DNA of 64,000 nt from an uncultured bacterium (lineage in GTDB: Bacteria > Fermentibacterota > Fermentibacteria > Fermentibacterales > JCC-6): assembly GCA_964624405.1 (NCBI GenBank), contig CAZUXA010000005.1, positions 13,376-77,375 on the forward strand, in the 5' to 3' direction. Under the pieces are notes generated by a model. That model was given only the letters and a program-made list of their open reading frames with translations. It did not search any database and was not told where the DNA came from. This document shows, one piece after another, positions 1 to 8,085 of this stretch. How positions within the stretch are numbered: position 1 is the stretch's first letter; each line of letters starts with the position of its first letter. The translations under genes were made by a program, and so were the position numbers.

Positions 1-102
1 ATTCGGTGAAGCCATCGCCATCTCTGCGCGAAGTGGCTCGGTTAGGAATGCCGCCGACGCCAGAGACGCCAGAAGCAATGTGATAATGAGGATGTGTTTC
101 AT
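1..102 (-). CDS. 5' fragment of a secreted protein (signal peptide MKHILIITLLLASLASAAF...); gene continues beyond the left edge of the window
   Basis: ATG at 102 on the minus strand, open in frame to position 1; hydrophobic signal-peptide-like N-terminus. Not in the ORF track because it is truncated. Confidence 0.4.
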   Translation of the reverse strand, partial: MKHILIITLLLASLASAAFLTEPLRAEMAMASPN

Positions 103-349
103 CAAGTTCCTTTCCTGGTTGTGGTTGATGTCAGGTCATCCCGGCAGCCTCATGTGTGCCGGGTCTGTATCGGCAGGTCATTCGTGTTACGAGAAATGCC
201 AGAAGAAAATGAGAATGGTTATCATCAAGTTCCCTTCAAAAAAGAATAGTTACAACGGTGAAGTGTCAATAATCATAAAATAGCATCAGCTGATGAGTTA
301 CGATAATTTCTTCCACATGAATATACACTTTTACAGCTCCGGGACAAGC

Positions 350-841
350 TCACTCATTGGCAGTGAGGTCGTCGGGTTGGATAACTCGTCTGGCAGTTGA
401 GTACCTTCTTACGTAGTTGGACTGATCAATGGGAGTGATTGTCACACCAATATTCCGGTACGAAGAGCTGTGGATGAAATTGCCGTCTCCGATGTAGATT
501 CCCACATGACCCGGGTTCTGGAAGATGATAAGGTCGCCGGGCTGAAGGTCTTCCCTTGATACCGCCTCTCCCATGGAAGCCATGGCTCCGGCTGTTCTGG
601 GCAATGGGATGCCGTGTTCTCCAAACACCTTGAATACAAGGCCGCTGCAGTCGAATCCGGAGGGGCCTGTTCCGCCGTACACATAGGGCACTCCCAGATG
701 GGAGAGAGCCTCGTCGACAATCAGAATCGAAAGCGTTGAATCCTGAACTTCAAGGGAGTCGGCGAACCGTTCCGGTTCCGGTGCCGCCGCCGGTATTGTC
801 AGAAGTAAACAGATAACTGAAAGCAAGCCAACACATCCCAT
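350..841 (-). CDS. NlpC/P60 (C40) family cell-wall peptidase, secreted/lipoprotein
   Basis: Signal peptide followed by the conserved C40 core GVPYVYGGTGPSGFDCSGLV...GDLIIFQNPGHVGIYIGDGNFIHSS (catalytic Cys and His context). Confidence 0.85.
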   Translation of the reverse strand: MGCVGLLSVICLLLTIPAAAPEPERFADSLEVQDSTLSILIVDEALSHLGVPYVYGGTGPSGFDCSGLVFKVFGEHGIPLPRTAGAMASMGEAVSREDLQPGDLIIFQNPGHVGIYIGDGNFIHSSSYRNIGVTITPIDQSNYVRRYSTARRVIQPDDLTANE

Positions 842-1005
842 CAGTTCAATATACTCTTACGGAAGGCAAAACCTTGAATGCTCGAACATAGTTTCAGGCG
901 AGCACAACATTTTGCCTGCACGCATAAGGATACTACCGTAGTGGGTAAATGGTTCCAAGGGCGAAGCAGAAAGCTCCGCCCTTGGGATTGGCAGCGATGG
1001 TTGGC

Positions 1006-1842
1006 CTAGAATGTGGCCTTGATGTTTCCCCAGGTGGAAGGTGCGAGGGACTGGGGGTCCCAGTCGAGGCTCAACTGGTAAAGGAAGGTGTTCTGGGGAT
1101 AGATGTAAAGGTATTCTCCGTCGAAGTCGATTCCTCCGTTGACCGCATCTTCCTCCCAGAATGTGGTGGACCAGATCGGCGCGGCACTGGGGGAGCCGTC
1201 CGCGGTTATCTCGTGAATGAAGATGTTGTCTTCGAACTCCAGACCGCAGGCGATGAAAAGGTAGTTCTCCCATACGGCCAGGCCGTAGACGGAGGTGTAA
1301 TCCATCTCACTCCAGGTGATTGAGGTTTCGGTTCCAGTGTACGGACCCCAGGCGAGCTTTGCCTGGTTGGGCGAGCCGATGTACATGTATCCGTTCCCGG
1401 CGCCGATTCCGAAGATGTTTGTGTATCCCGCGGGGCCGTTGATGTTGCGCAGGTATGTGCCGTCCTCGGCGAAAACCGAGAAGAAGCTGGCGGTGTAGTC
1501 CGTCATGAACCACTGGTTGCCCGTGGGGTACTCGCAGTATGCCTGGTCGTCGGGGTCGACCCCGCCGGTGATGGGCCAGGAGCCCAGGGGATTTCCGCTC
1601 TGCAGATCGAACTCGTAGTTGTACATCTCGTTCCAGTTGAGTATCCAGATGCTGTTCGGGACATTGGTTTTAAGGGCAAGCCCGTAGGAGTAGCTCAGAC
1701 CGCCGATGAGGGTATTGACAACGGTGTACGATCCCCGGCCCTGAACCGGATTGGCGGACTGGGTGACGCCCCCGGTCTTGACATCTGCAAACGCGCTTAG
1801 CGCAAGGCACACCAGTAAAACCGCAACGATTTTCATGTTCAT
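1006..1842 (-). CDS. hypothetical secreted protein; extreme C-terminus ...LAPSTWGNIKATF shared with the 19327..19992 paralog
   Basis: N-terminal signal peptide MNMKIVAVLLVCLALSAFA; aromatic- and Gly-rich body; conserved C-terminal tail also found in the 19327..19992 protein. Confidence 0.6.
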   Translation of the reverse strand: MNMKIVAVLLVCLALSAFADVKTGGVTQSANPVQGRGSYTVVNTLIGGLSYSYGLALKTNVPNSIWILNWNEMYNYEFDLQSGNPLGSWPITGGVDPDDQAYCEYPTGNQWFMTDYTASFFSVFAEDGTYLRNINGPAGYTNIFGIGAGNGYMYIGSPNQAKLAWGPYTGTETSITWSEMDYTSVYGLAVWENYLFIACGLEFEDNIFIHEITADGSPSAAPIWSTTFWEEDAVNGGIDFDGEYLYIYPQNTFLYQLSLDWDPQSLAPSTWGNIKATF

Positions 1843-1970
1843 CTCCGTTCATTGATATGATGCCACACACTGATTTCATATCCATTTCCTTCGGCACTGT
1901 CAAGCAAAGGATCAACAGCACAGCCGGTTATCCGGTATATTGCAGGGGGATAACAGAAAGGGGAGATGAC

Positions 1971-2582
1971 ATGAAAAAGCTGTTCCTTCCGGTTCTGGTG
2001 GCCTTGTCGGTCTGTGCAGCCCGGAGACCCGCCATGTATCCCGAACCGCGTTACGACGGTTCCGCCGGGTCGGTGTGGCTTGACCGCTTTCTTGCGGAAG
2101 GCGGCATGGAGTATCAGACGTTTCTCGCGGAACTCGACGCTTTTGAGGCGGGAATCGAAAGGGGTTGGGGACACCGGCCTTCCACCTGGCGATGGATTCA
2201 GAGAATTCGGGAGTGGGAGAGGATGGTTCCCGAGATGGAAGGCATGGGATACCTTCTGGGTCGTCTTAACCTGGAAAGATCGCAGCATGTCTACCTCGAC
2301 GCCCTTACCGCGTATGTGGAGTTCAACCTGTATCAGGTCGGCTCCACTTACGGCGGTGAAAGTGCACGAACTCTCTTCTTCGAGGCCTTCACCGGCGGCT
2401 CCTACAGCCCGGAATCGATGGCGATGATGTTTCGGGGAGGCGGTCATTACGATGATGAGGCCAGAGACATGATAGCATGGGCTTTGAGCGACATTCGGGG
2501 CATGCTGAGCGAAGCGCAGTTGGAAGAGGCCGCAAGACTGGTGGCCGGTTACGGAACAGGATTCAGGCCGGGTCGGTTCTGA
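1971..2582 (+). CDS. hypothetical lipoprotein
   Basis: Internal ATG at 1971 preceded by GAAAGGGGAG (SD); MKKLFLPVLVALSVCAA lipobox-type signal; upstream part of the track ORF (from 1857) has no RBS. Confidence 0.5.
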   Translation: MKKLFLPVLVALSVCAARRPAMYPEPRYDGSAGSVWLDRFLAEGGMEYQTFLAELDAFEAGIERGWGHRPSTWRWIQRIREWERMVPEMEGMGYLLGRLNLERSQHVYLDALTAYVEFNLYQVGSTYGGESARTLFFEAFTGGSYSPESMAMMFRGGGHYDDEARDMIAWALSDIRGMLSEAQLEEAARLVAGYGTGFRPGRF

Positions 2583-3129
2583 GACGGCCCAGAACGATGA
2601 TGTTCATATAGCTTCCATTCAGGAACAACGCTTCCCGCAGTCTGCCCTCCGGGGTGAACCCCGCACGCTGCAGAAGCTTGATTGATCCAAGGTTGCCTTC
2701 GGCGACCCTGGCTTCAATCCTGTTCAGACCCATCTTTCCGAAGCCGTATCTCAGAACGGCATCAATGGCTTCGGTCATCAGTCCCCTTCCGGCAAAGCCA
2801 ATGTCAAGTTCAAAGGCAACCTCCGCAACGCCGTCATAAAACATGAAATCCTGAAGGGATATGCTGCCCGCGTACCGGCCTTCGGCTTTCTCCTCGAGAA
2901 CCCAGTTGATGGAAACTCCGCTGCGGCAGCCGTGAATGTACTCATCGAGAACTCCCCTGAGGATTTCAGGCTCTTCGATCGGGGAGACCACATACCTTGC
3001 GGTGTCGGGGTTTGAAAGGCACATGAAAAGGGGGTGGAGGTCAGTATCCTGGAACGGCCGCAGTGAAAGTCTGGAGGTTTCCAGGAAAGGGAACTCGTTC
3101 GGCCATTCAACCTCCGGTGGAGAAGACAT
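2563..3129 (-). CDS. GNAT family N-acetyltransferase (RimJ/RimL-like)
   Basis: Acetyl-CoA binding region ...FELDIGFAGRGLMTEAIDAVLRYGFGKMGLNRIEARVAEGNLGSIKLLQRAGF typical of GNAT fold. Confidence 0.8.
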   Translation of the reverse strand: MSSPPEVEWPNEFPFLETSRLSLRPFQDTDLHPLFMCLSNPDTARYVVSPIEEPEILRGVLDEYIHGCRSGVSINWVLEEKAEGRYAGSISLQDFMFYDGVAEVAFELDIGFAGRGLMTEAIDAVLRYGFGKMGLNRIEARVAEGNLGSIKLLQRAGFTPEGRLREALFLNGSYMNIIVLGRLRTDPA

Positions 3130-3626
3130 TACCTGTTATCCGGATCCTGGATCAGCATGGCCTTTCTCAGTTCCACGGCGTTCTTCTTGAGTTCCCTGTT
3201 CATGACCGCCAGGGTTGTGAAGGTCTGGTCTGTGAATTGAAGGCGCCGGACGAGAACCCGCATGAAACCCATCAGGAACCTTGCGGCAAGCCCGGGTTTT
3301 TCGTCCATCAGAGCCTGGAATTTTTCGAAACTCATTCTGTAGACTATGGAGTCTTCATTGGCGACCACAGTGGCGGATCTGGGCGAACCATCGACAAAGC
3401 TCATCTCACCGAACACATCTCCTTCAGCGAATATTGCCAGTGGAACCACGTCTTCATCCCAGCTGTCCGCCGCGGTGGCGGAGCCGCTTTTCAACACGAA
3501 GAGATCCCTGCCAGTGTCGTTCTTGAGAATAATGGGAGCATCCTTTCGGTAGATCTCGGTTTCGCATCCCGAGAGAAACTCTTCCTTCTCCCGGGCTGAG
3601 AGGTGCTCAAAAAACAGGTTTGGCAT
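3129..3626 (-). CDS. cyclic-nucleotide-binding (Crp-like cNMP) domain protein without a DNA-binding domain
   Basis: cNMP-binding signature FAEGDVFGEMSFVDGSPRSATVVANEDSIVYRMSFEKF. Confidence 0.65.
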   Translation of the reverse strand: MPNLFFEHLSAREKEEFLSGCETEIYRKDAPIILKNDTGRDLFVLKSGSATAADSWDEDVVPLAIFAEGDVFGEMSFVDGSPRSATVVANEDSIVYRMSFEKFQALMDEKPGLAARFLMGFMRVLVRRLQFTDQTFTTLAVMNRELKKNAVELRKAMLIQDPDNR

Positions 3627-3676
3627 TTTCCGGCTCCTTTCGGGTATGTTTTCGCAGTGCTATTGTAATTGAAAGG

Positions 3677-4774
3677 ATGGCGATGGGAAAGAGACAGGTC
3701 CTGCTGTTCTGCATCCCGGTCCTGGTCGGCTGCGGCGGCGCGCCACGGGACGCTTCCGTTCTCCCCCCGGATACCCTTTACCTTGAGATAACAGATACCA
3801 TCGGCGAAATGTCGGGAAACGATACACTGATGTTCGGCTTTCTCACGGATTGCGCCGTTACCCCCGGGGGCAACCTGGCGGTACTGGACACCCAGAAGAC
3901 CATGATTCAGGTCTTCTCCCCGGATGGAAGCCAACTGCTTGGAATGGGCGGCCCCGGTTCCGCCCCCGGAGAACTGCTGCTTCCGGTGAGTCTGGCGGTG
4001 CTTCCAAACGGTTTCGCGGTTAACGATCTAATGGGGGGAAAGGTGGTTTTCTACGATGCCGAAGGAGTGCTGCAGAGGGAGCTTTCAGGGTTCTTTCCCA
4101 CGCCTCCGGTGAGCATCCGGGGGATGTCCGATGGAAGACTGCTGGGCATGGGAATGGTGATGGATCTCCATGCGGAAGAGGGCCCCAGCGCCGGGCTTGC
4201 TGTGGCTGCATGGGATACGTCCGCCACACCCTTCACCGTTTTTCACTCCCATGAGATTCGAATCACCGGAACCGGAACAAGAGCGCAACCGAACTTCCAT
4301 ATAGCCGCCGGCCTTGAAGGTACGGCATATCTTGCGGAGGAGTCCGATTCCCTGCTGCTTGTCATGGGCTTCGGCCCGGAAGGAGAAAGTGTTCTCACCA
4401 TCCGCGAGGAGTTCCGGAGAGTGCCCAGAAGCCCGGAGGAACTGGAGCGGGAAAGCGTCAGCATATCGCTTAACATCAGCAATGGTGAAACCACCGTTCA
4501 GCGCCACAGGAACAGAACAACCCACCTGTACAGGACTATCGTAACCGGTCTCGGTGTGGATCTCCTGGGCCGGATATGGCTGCAGATGGGGGATACCGGC
4601 GAAACATATTTCCGGGTGTACGAACCTGATGGAACCCTGACTTCCGTGGCGTTTCTCCGTTATCCCGAAACACTCTCCGATGCATCCTTCAGCATCACCC
4701 CCTACGGGTTTTCCGCCTTCGAGCCTGATCCGGAGGACTGGCCCAAAGTATATCTGCTGCAGACATCACAGTGA
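3677..4774 (+). CDS. hypothetical lipoprotein with NHL/beta-propeller-like repeats
   Basis: ATG 3677 after GAAAGG; MAMGKRQVLLFCIPVLVGCGG lipobox; repeated GxxxPGELLLPVSLAVLPNGFAVND-type units. Confidence 0.5.
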   Translation: MAMGKRQVLLFCIPVLVGCGGAPRDASVLPPDTLYLEITDTIGEMSGNDTLMFGFLTDCAVTPGGNLAVLDTQKTMIQVFSPDGSQLLGMGGPGSAPGELLLPVSLAVLPNGFAVNDLMGGKVVFYDAEGVLQRELSGFFPTPPVSIRGMSDGRLLGMGMVMDLHAEEGPSAGLAVAAWDTSATPFTVFHSHEIRITGTGTRAQPNFHIAAGLEGTAYLAEESDSLLLVMGFGPEGESVLTIREEFRRVPRSPEELERESVSISLNISNGETTVQRHRNRTTHLYRTIVTGLGVDLLGRIWLQMGDTGETYFRVYEPDGTLTSVAFLRYPETLSDASFSITPYGFSAFEPDPEDWPKVYLLQTSQ

Positions 4775-5277
4775 AAGCGAGGAAAGCAATGGTTGAACCC
4801 GGAACCACCGTTGACCGTTTCGTACTGAAAAACCAGCTCGGCGAGGAATTCGACTCACGGTCCCATCAGGGGAAGTGCATTCTGCTTTCGTTTCATCCCC
4901 TGGCCTGGACTCCGGTATGCGCCGCGCAGATGAAAGCCCTGGAAGAAAACATGGAGTTTTTCGAATCCATGGGCGTAATGCCTGTGGGAATCAGCGTAGA
5001 CGCCCATACCGCCAAGAAACCCTGGGCTGAAAGACTCGGCCTGGAAAAGCTGCAGCTCCTCTCGGATTTCTGGCCCCATGGGGGTCTGGCAGAGAAACTC
5101 GGGGTTTTCATCGAGGAAAAGGGGTTCAGCGGAAGGGCGAACATCCTGGTGAACCGGGACGATGAGGCGACAGTGGTGTGGACGAAGCAATACGATATTC
5201 CCCAGGTTCCCGACATCGATGAGGTGATGGCGGCGGTGAGGACCCATTGCGGAGGGTGCTGCTGCTGTTCCCACTGA
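4771..5277 (+). CDS. peroxiredoxin (AhpC/TSA / redoxin family)
   Basis: Peroxidatic-Cys motif PLAWTPVCAAQ; thioredoxin-fold architecture; C-terminal Cys-rich tail HCGGCCCCSH. Confidence 0.65.
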   Translation: MKARKAMVEPGTTVDRFVLKNQLGEEFDSRSHQGKCILLSFHPLAWTPVCAAQMKALEENMEFFESMGVMPVGISVDAHTAKKPWAERLGLEKLQLLSDFWPHGGLAEKLGVFIEEKGFSGRANILVNRDDEATVVWTKQYDIPQVPDIDEVMAAVRTHCGGCCCCSH

Positions 5278-5945
5278 CCGCTTACCGGGCGGTGGTCTTC
5301 GATCTGGACGGAACCCTTCTGGACACCATGCCGGACATAATCAAGGTGGGGAATGAGCTGCTTTCGGAACACGGCATACCCGGGAAGACCTGGGATGATT
5401 ACGCCGCCGCTGTGGGAATGGGGTTGGAAACCCTTTACGCGAAGCTTCTTGGGGGGCAGGTCGGGGAAAACCTTCTGGCTCGGCTGGTGAACAGGGCATC
5501 GGAAGCATTCAACAGGATGGATGATTTTCTGGCAGCTCCCTATCCGGGGATCAAAGAGCTTCTTGAGATGCTTTCCTCCCGTGGAATTCCAATGGCGATT
5601 CTTTCGAACAAACCCCAGAGGGCCGCGGAGATCTGCACGAAGCATTTTTTCCCGGATGTTCCCTTTCTGCAAATTGTGGGCTCCCAGCCGGGAAAACCGG
5701 TGAAGCCTGAAAAGTCATCAGCGGAAGCGATCATGAAGGCCATGGGAGTCTCCCCGGGGGAGACCCTGATGGCAGGCGACGGTGAACCGGACATGCTTGT
5801 CGCCGAGAACGCCGGCATGATCCCGGTGGCGTGTGCCTGGGGCTTCACCCCGGGCATCAGGCTGATGGAACTGGGTGCCCGCTTTCTTGCCAGGAAACCC
5901 ATGGATATATGGACTCTGGTCAACTCCGGGGCGCTGCAACCCTGA
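5247..5945 (+). CDS. HAD-superfamily hydrolase (phosphoglycolate phosphatase-like)
   Basis: HAD motif I VVFDLDGTLLDT near N-terminus, motif IV GDGEPDM near C-terminus. Confidence 0.75.
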   Translation: MRRVLLLFPLTAYRAVVFDLDGTLLDTMPDIIKVGNELLSEHGIPGKTWDDYAAAVGMGLETLYAKLLGGQVGENLLARLVNRASEAFNRMDDFLAAPYPGIKELLEMLSSRGIPMAILSNKPQRAAEICTKHFFPDVPFLQIVGSQPGKPVKPEKSSAEAIMKAMGVSPGETLMAGDGEPDMLVAENAGMIPVACAWGFTPGIRLMELGARFLARKPMDIWTLVNSGALQP

Positions 5946-6843
5946 GAACCGGCCCTGTGTTGAAGGTGATACTCTCCGGGGGCGAAGGGAAAACCCGATA
6001 CTCGCCGTCCATTTCAAGCAGGATTTCCCCGTGGGGAATCACGGTTATGGTTTCCGCCCTATCGGCCCTTGCCTGTCTGAGTTTCATCAGACTTCCGTCG
6101 AATACCCTGGAAAGGTTCCGGGCGATGGTGGAAAGACCAACGGGCAGAATGGTTACCGCATCCAGAAGGCCGTCATCGATAAGGGCATCCGGTGAGAGGC
6201 TCATGCCTCCGCCGCTGAATCTTCCCACGCCAATCGTGAGAGTGAAGTACTCACCTGAAACCAGTACCCTCCCGTCCGCGTAAACCTCGGCGTTCCACCT
6301 CGGGGGAACCAGAGCCGAGAAAGCCAGGGAAACCAGGTAGCCGCTCTTTCGCAGCGGAAGTGTTTTTCGCAATCCGAGGGTGCGTCTTAGAACCAGCGCG
6401 TCGAAACCAATACCGGCGGAGTTGATGAAAAGGCTCTTCAGTCCGTCTACAACGCAAAGCCCCGTATCCACTTTACGGGTACACCCATCCAGAAGGACCA
6501 TAGCGGCCTCCCGGGTTCTCTGGGAGATTCCAAGGGTTCGTATCCAGTCATTCCCGCTTCCCGCTGGAATCTGGCCAAGTATCGGAGGCGATGGAAGTTC
6601 GGAAATGGCAGAGGCGACAGTGGACAGGGTTCCGTCCCCGCCGTAAACCGCCAGGCCCGGGAAACCGTCGGCAACCGAGGCCAGCGCCAGCGCTTTTGTC
6701 TCCCCGGGGTTTGCGGTGAACACCGGAGAGAAGTCAAGCCCTATTTCACGCAGAATCCCCGCGGTAGCATGCCAACGGGAACCGGCCCTGCCTCCGGCGG
6801 CGGCAGGGTTCACAAGAACGCGCCACTTTCCGTCAAATCTCAT
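5920..6843 (-). CDS. diacylglycerol kinase catalytic-domain family lipid kinase (YegS/BmrU-like)
   Basis: GGDGTLSTVASAI catalytic motif and overall DAGK_cat architecture. Confidence 0.8.
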   Translation of the reverse strand: MRFDGKWRVLVNPAAAGGRAGSRWHATAGILREIGLDFSPVFTANPGETKALALASVADGFPGLAVYGGDGTLSTVASAISELPSPPILGQIPAGSGNDWIRTLGISQRTREAAMVLLDGCTRKVDTGLCVVDGLKSLFINSAGIGFDALVLRRTLGLRKTLPLRKSGYLVSLAFSALVPPRWNAEVYADGRVLVSGEYFTLTIGVGRFSGGGMSLSPDALIDDGLLDAVTILPVGLSTIARNLSRVFDGSLMKLRQARADRAETITVIPHGEILLEMDGEYRVFPSPPESITFNTGPVLRVAAPRS

Positions 6844-6906
6844 GGCTGCAATATGCTTGTAAAAGCCTGGGTTGACGAACGGCGGAAACCCGGTAGAATA
6901 CCATTA

Positions 6907-6924
6907 TTGTGAAAACAGTAACAG
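6907..6924 (+). promoter_or_regulatory. candidate Rex operator half-site (TTGTGAA) upstream of rex; a second TTGTGA at 6944
   Basis: TTGTGAAAACAGTAACAG; only the left half matches the Rex consensus TTGTGAAnnnnTTCACAA well. Confidence 0.2.
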
Positions 6925-6948
6925 CGTTACGGGAAGTACAATGGTTTT

Positions 6949-7605
6949 GTGATAGGTGATGTGATGAGAGAAAAAGCGGTGATAGCAGCGAACACGGTGG
7001 AACGGCTCAGCCTCTATCGAAGGCTTCTCGAGGCATGGCTTGAGAAGGGAACTTCCAGCCTCTACTCCCATCAGATTGCAGCCATGGCCTGCGTGACCCC
7101 CGCCCAGGTTCGAAGGGACCTAATGGCAATAGGATACTCCGGCAGCCCCAACAGGGGCTACTCTGTTGATGCCCTGGAGGAGAGTATCGGCACATTCCTC
7201 GGAAGCGACCGGGTTCGAAAGATCGGCCTGGTTGGCATGGGTAACCTGGGGAGAGCCCTCACCACCTACTTCACTTCCAGGGTTCCACGCTTCAAAATGG
7301 CCGCCGCCTTCGACATCGATCCGAAGAAGACCGGAAGAGTGATCGCCGGATGCATGGTTTACGGTATAGAAATGATCCCGGAGATTATTCCCGCGGAGGG
7401 AATTCGAACCGCGGTGCTGGCGCTTCCCGTCGAGAGCGCCCAGCACATGGCGGACATGCTTGTGAAGGCTGGAATAAAGGGGATTCTGAATTACGCTCCG
7501 GTGCCGCTTCGGTTGCCGGCGGATGTTTTTCTGGAAAACCGGGATGTCACCGCCGCCCTGGAAAAAGTGGCGTTCTTCTCCGGACCTTCCAGTGAAGGGA
7601 AATGA
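6949..7605 (+). CDS. rex: redox-sensing transcriptional repressor Rex
   Basis: Winged-helix N-terminus plus Rossmann NAD(H) domain GLVGMGNLGRAL; typical Rex length (218 aa). Confidence 0.85.
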   Translation: MIGDVMREKAVIAANTVERLSLYRRLLEAWLEKGTSSLYSHQIAAMACVTPAQVRRDLMAIGYSGSPNRGYSVDALEESIGTFLGSDRVRKIGLVGMGNLGRALTTYFTSRVPRFKMAAAFDIDPKKTGRVIAGCMVYGIEMIPEIIPAEGIRTAVLALPVESAQHMADMLVKAGIKGILNYAPVPLRLPADVFLENRDVTAALEKVAFFSGPSSEGK

Positions 7606-7608
7606 TCA

Positions 7609-8085
7609 ATGAGTGAGAGCAGTGTGGAAAAGATCATAGCAAGGTATCCCGGAGCGGAAAGGGACAAACTGATCCCCATTCTCCAGGAAGTCCAGGAATC
7701 CGAAGGTTTTCTGAAGAGGGATGCTGTGGTTCTGATAGGAAAGCACCTTGGTGTTCCCGCCAGCCGCATATACGGAGTGGCAACATTCTACAACCAGTTC
7801 AGATTCGAACCGATCGGCAGATTCCATATACAGGTGTGCAGGGGGACCGCCTGCCATGTGAAGGGCTCTCTGAAGGTTCTGGAGTCACTGAAGAGGGAGA
7901 TCGGAGTGGAACCGGGAAGAACCACCAGGGACGGTCTTTTCAGCATAGAGGTGGTGGCGTGCATAGGAGCCTGCGGGCTTGCCCCGGTCATTTCGATAAA
8001 CGGCGAGTTTCACGCCAAACTTACTCCGGATGATGTTCCGGTTCTGCTGGAAAGCTGCAGGAAGAAAGCCCTGGAGGTGGGATGA
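7609..8085 (+). CDS. hydC: NuoE-like [2Fe-2S] thioredoxin-like subunit of [FeFe]-hydrogenase (HydC/HndA type)
   Basis: CRGTACHVKGS...VVACIGACGLAPV four-Cys [2Fe-2S] motif of NuoE/HoxE family; start 4 nt after rex stop. Confidence 0.85.
   Translation: MSESSVEKIIARYPGAERDKLIPILQEVQESEGFLKRDAVVLIGKHLGVPASRIYGVATFYNQFRFEPIGRFHIQVCRGTACHVKGSLKVLESLKREIGVEPGRTTRDGLFSIEVVACIGACGLAPVISINGEFHAKLTPDDVPVLLESCRKKALEVG

Noticed and set aside
80-283. 67-aa plus-strand ORF in the AT-rich region at the left end
   Set aside because: Cys/Met-rich nonsense translation in an intergenic/promoter region. The region instead contains the duplicated leader repeat described in the findings.
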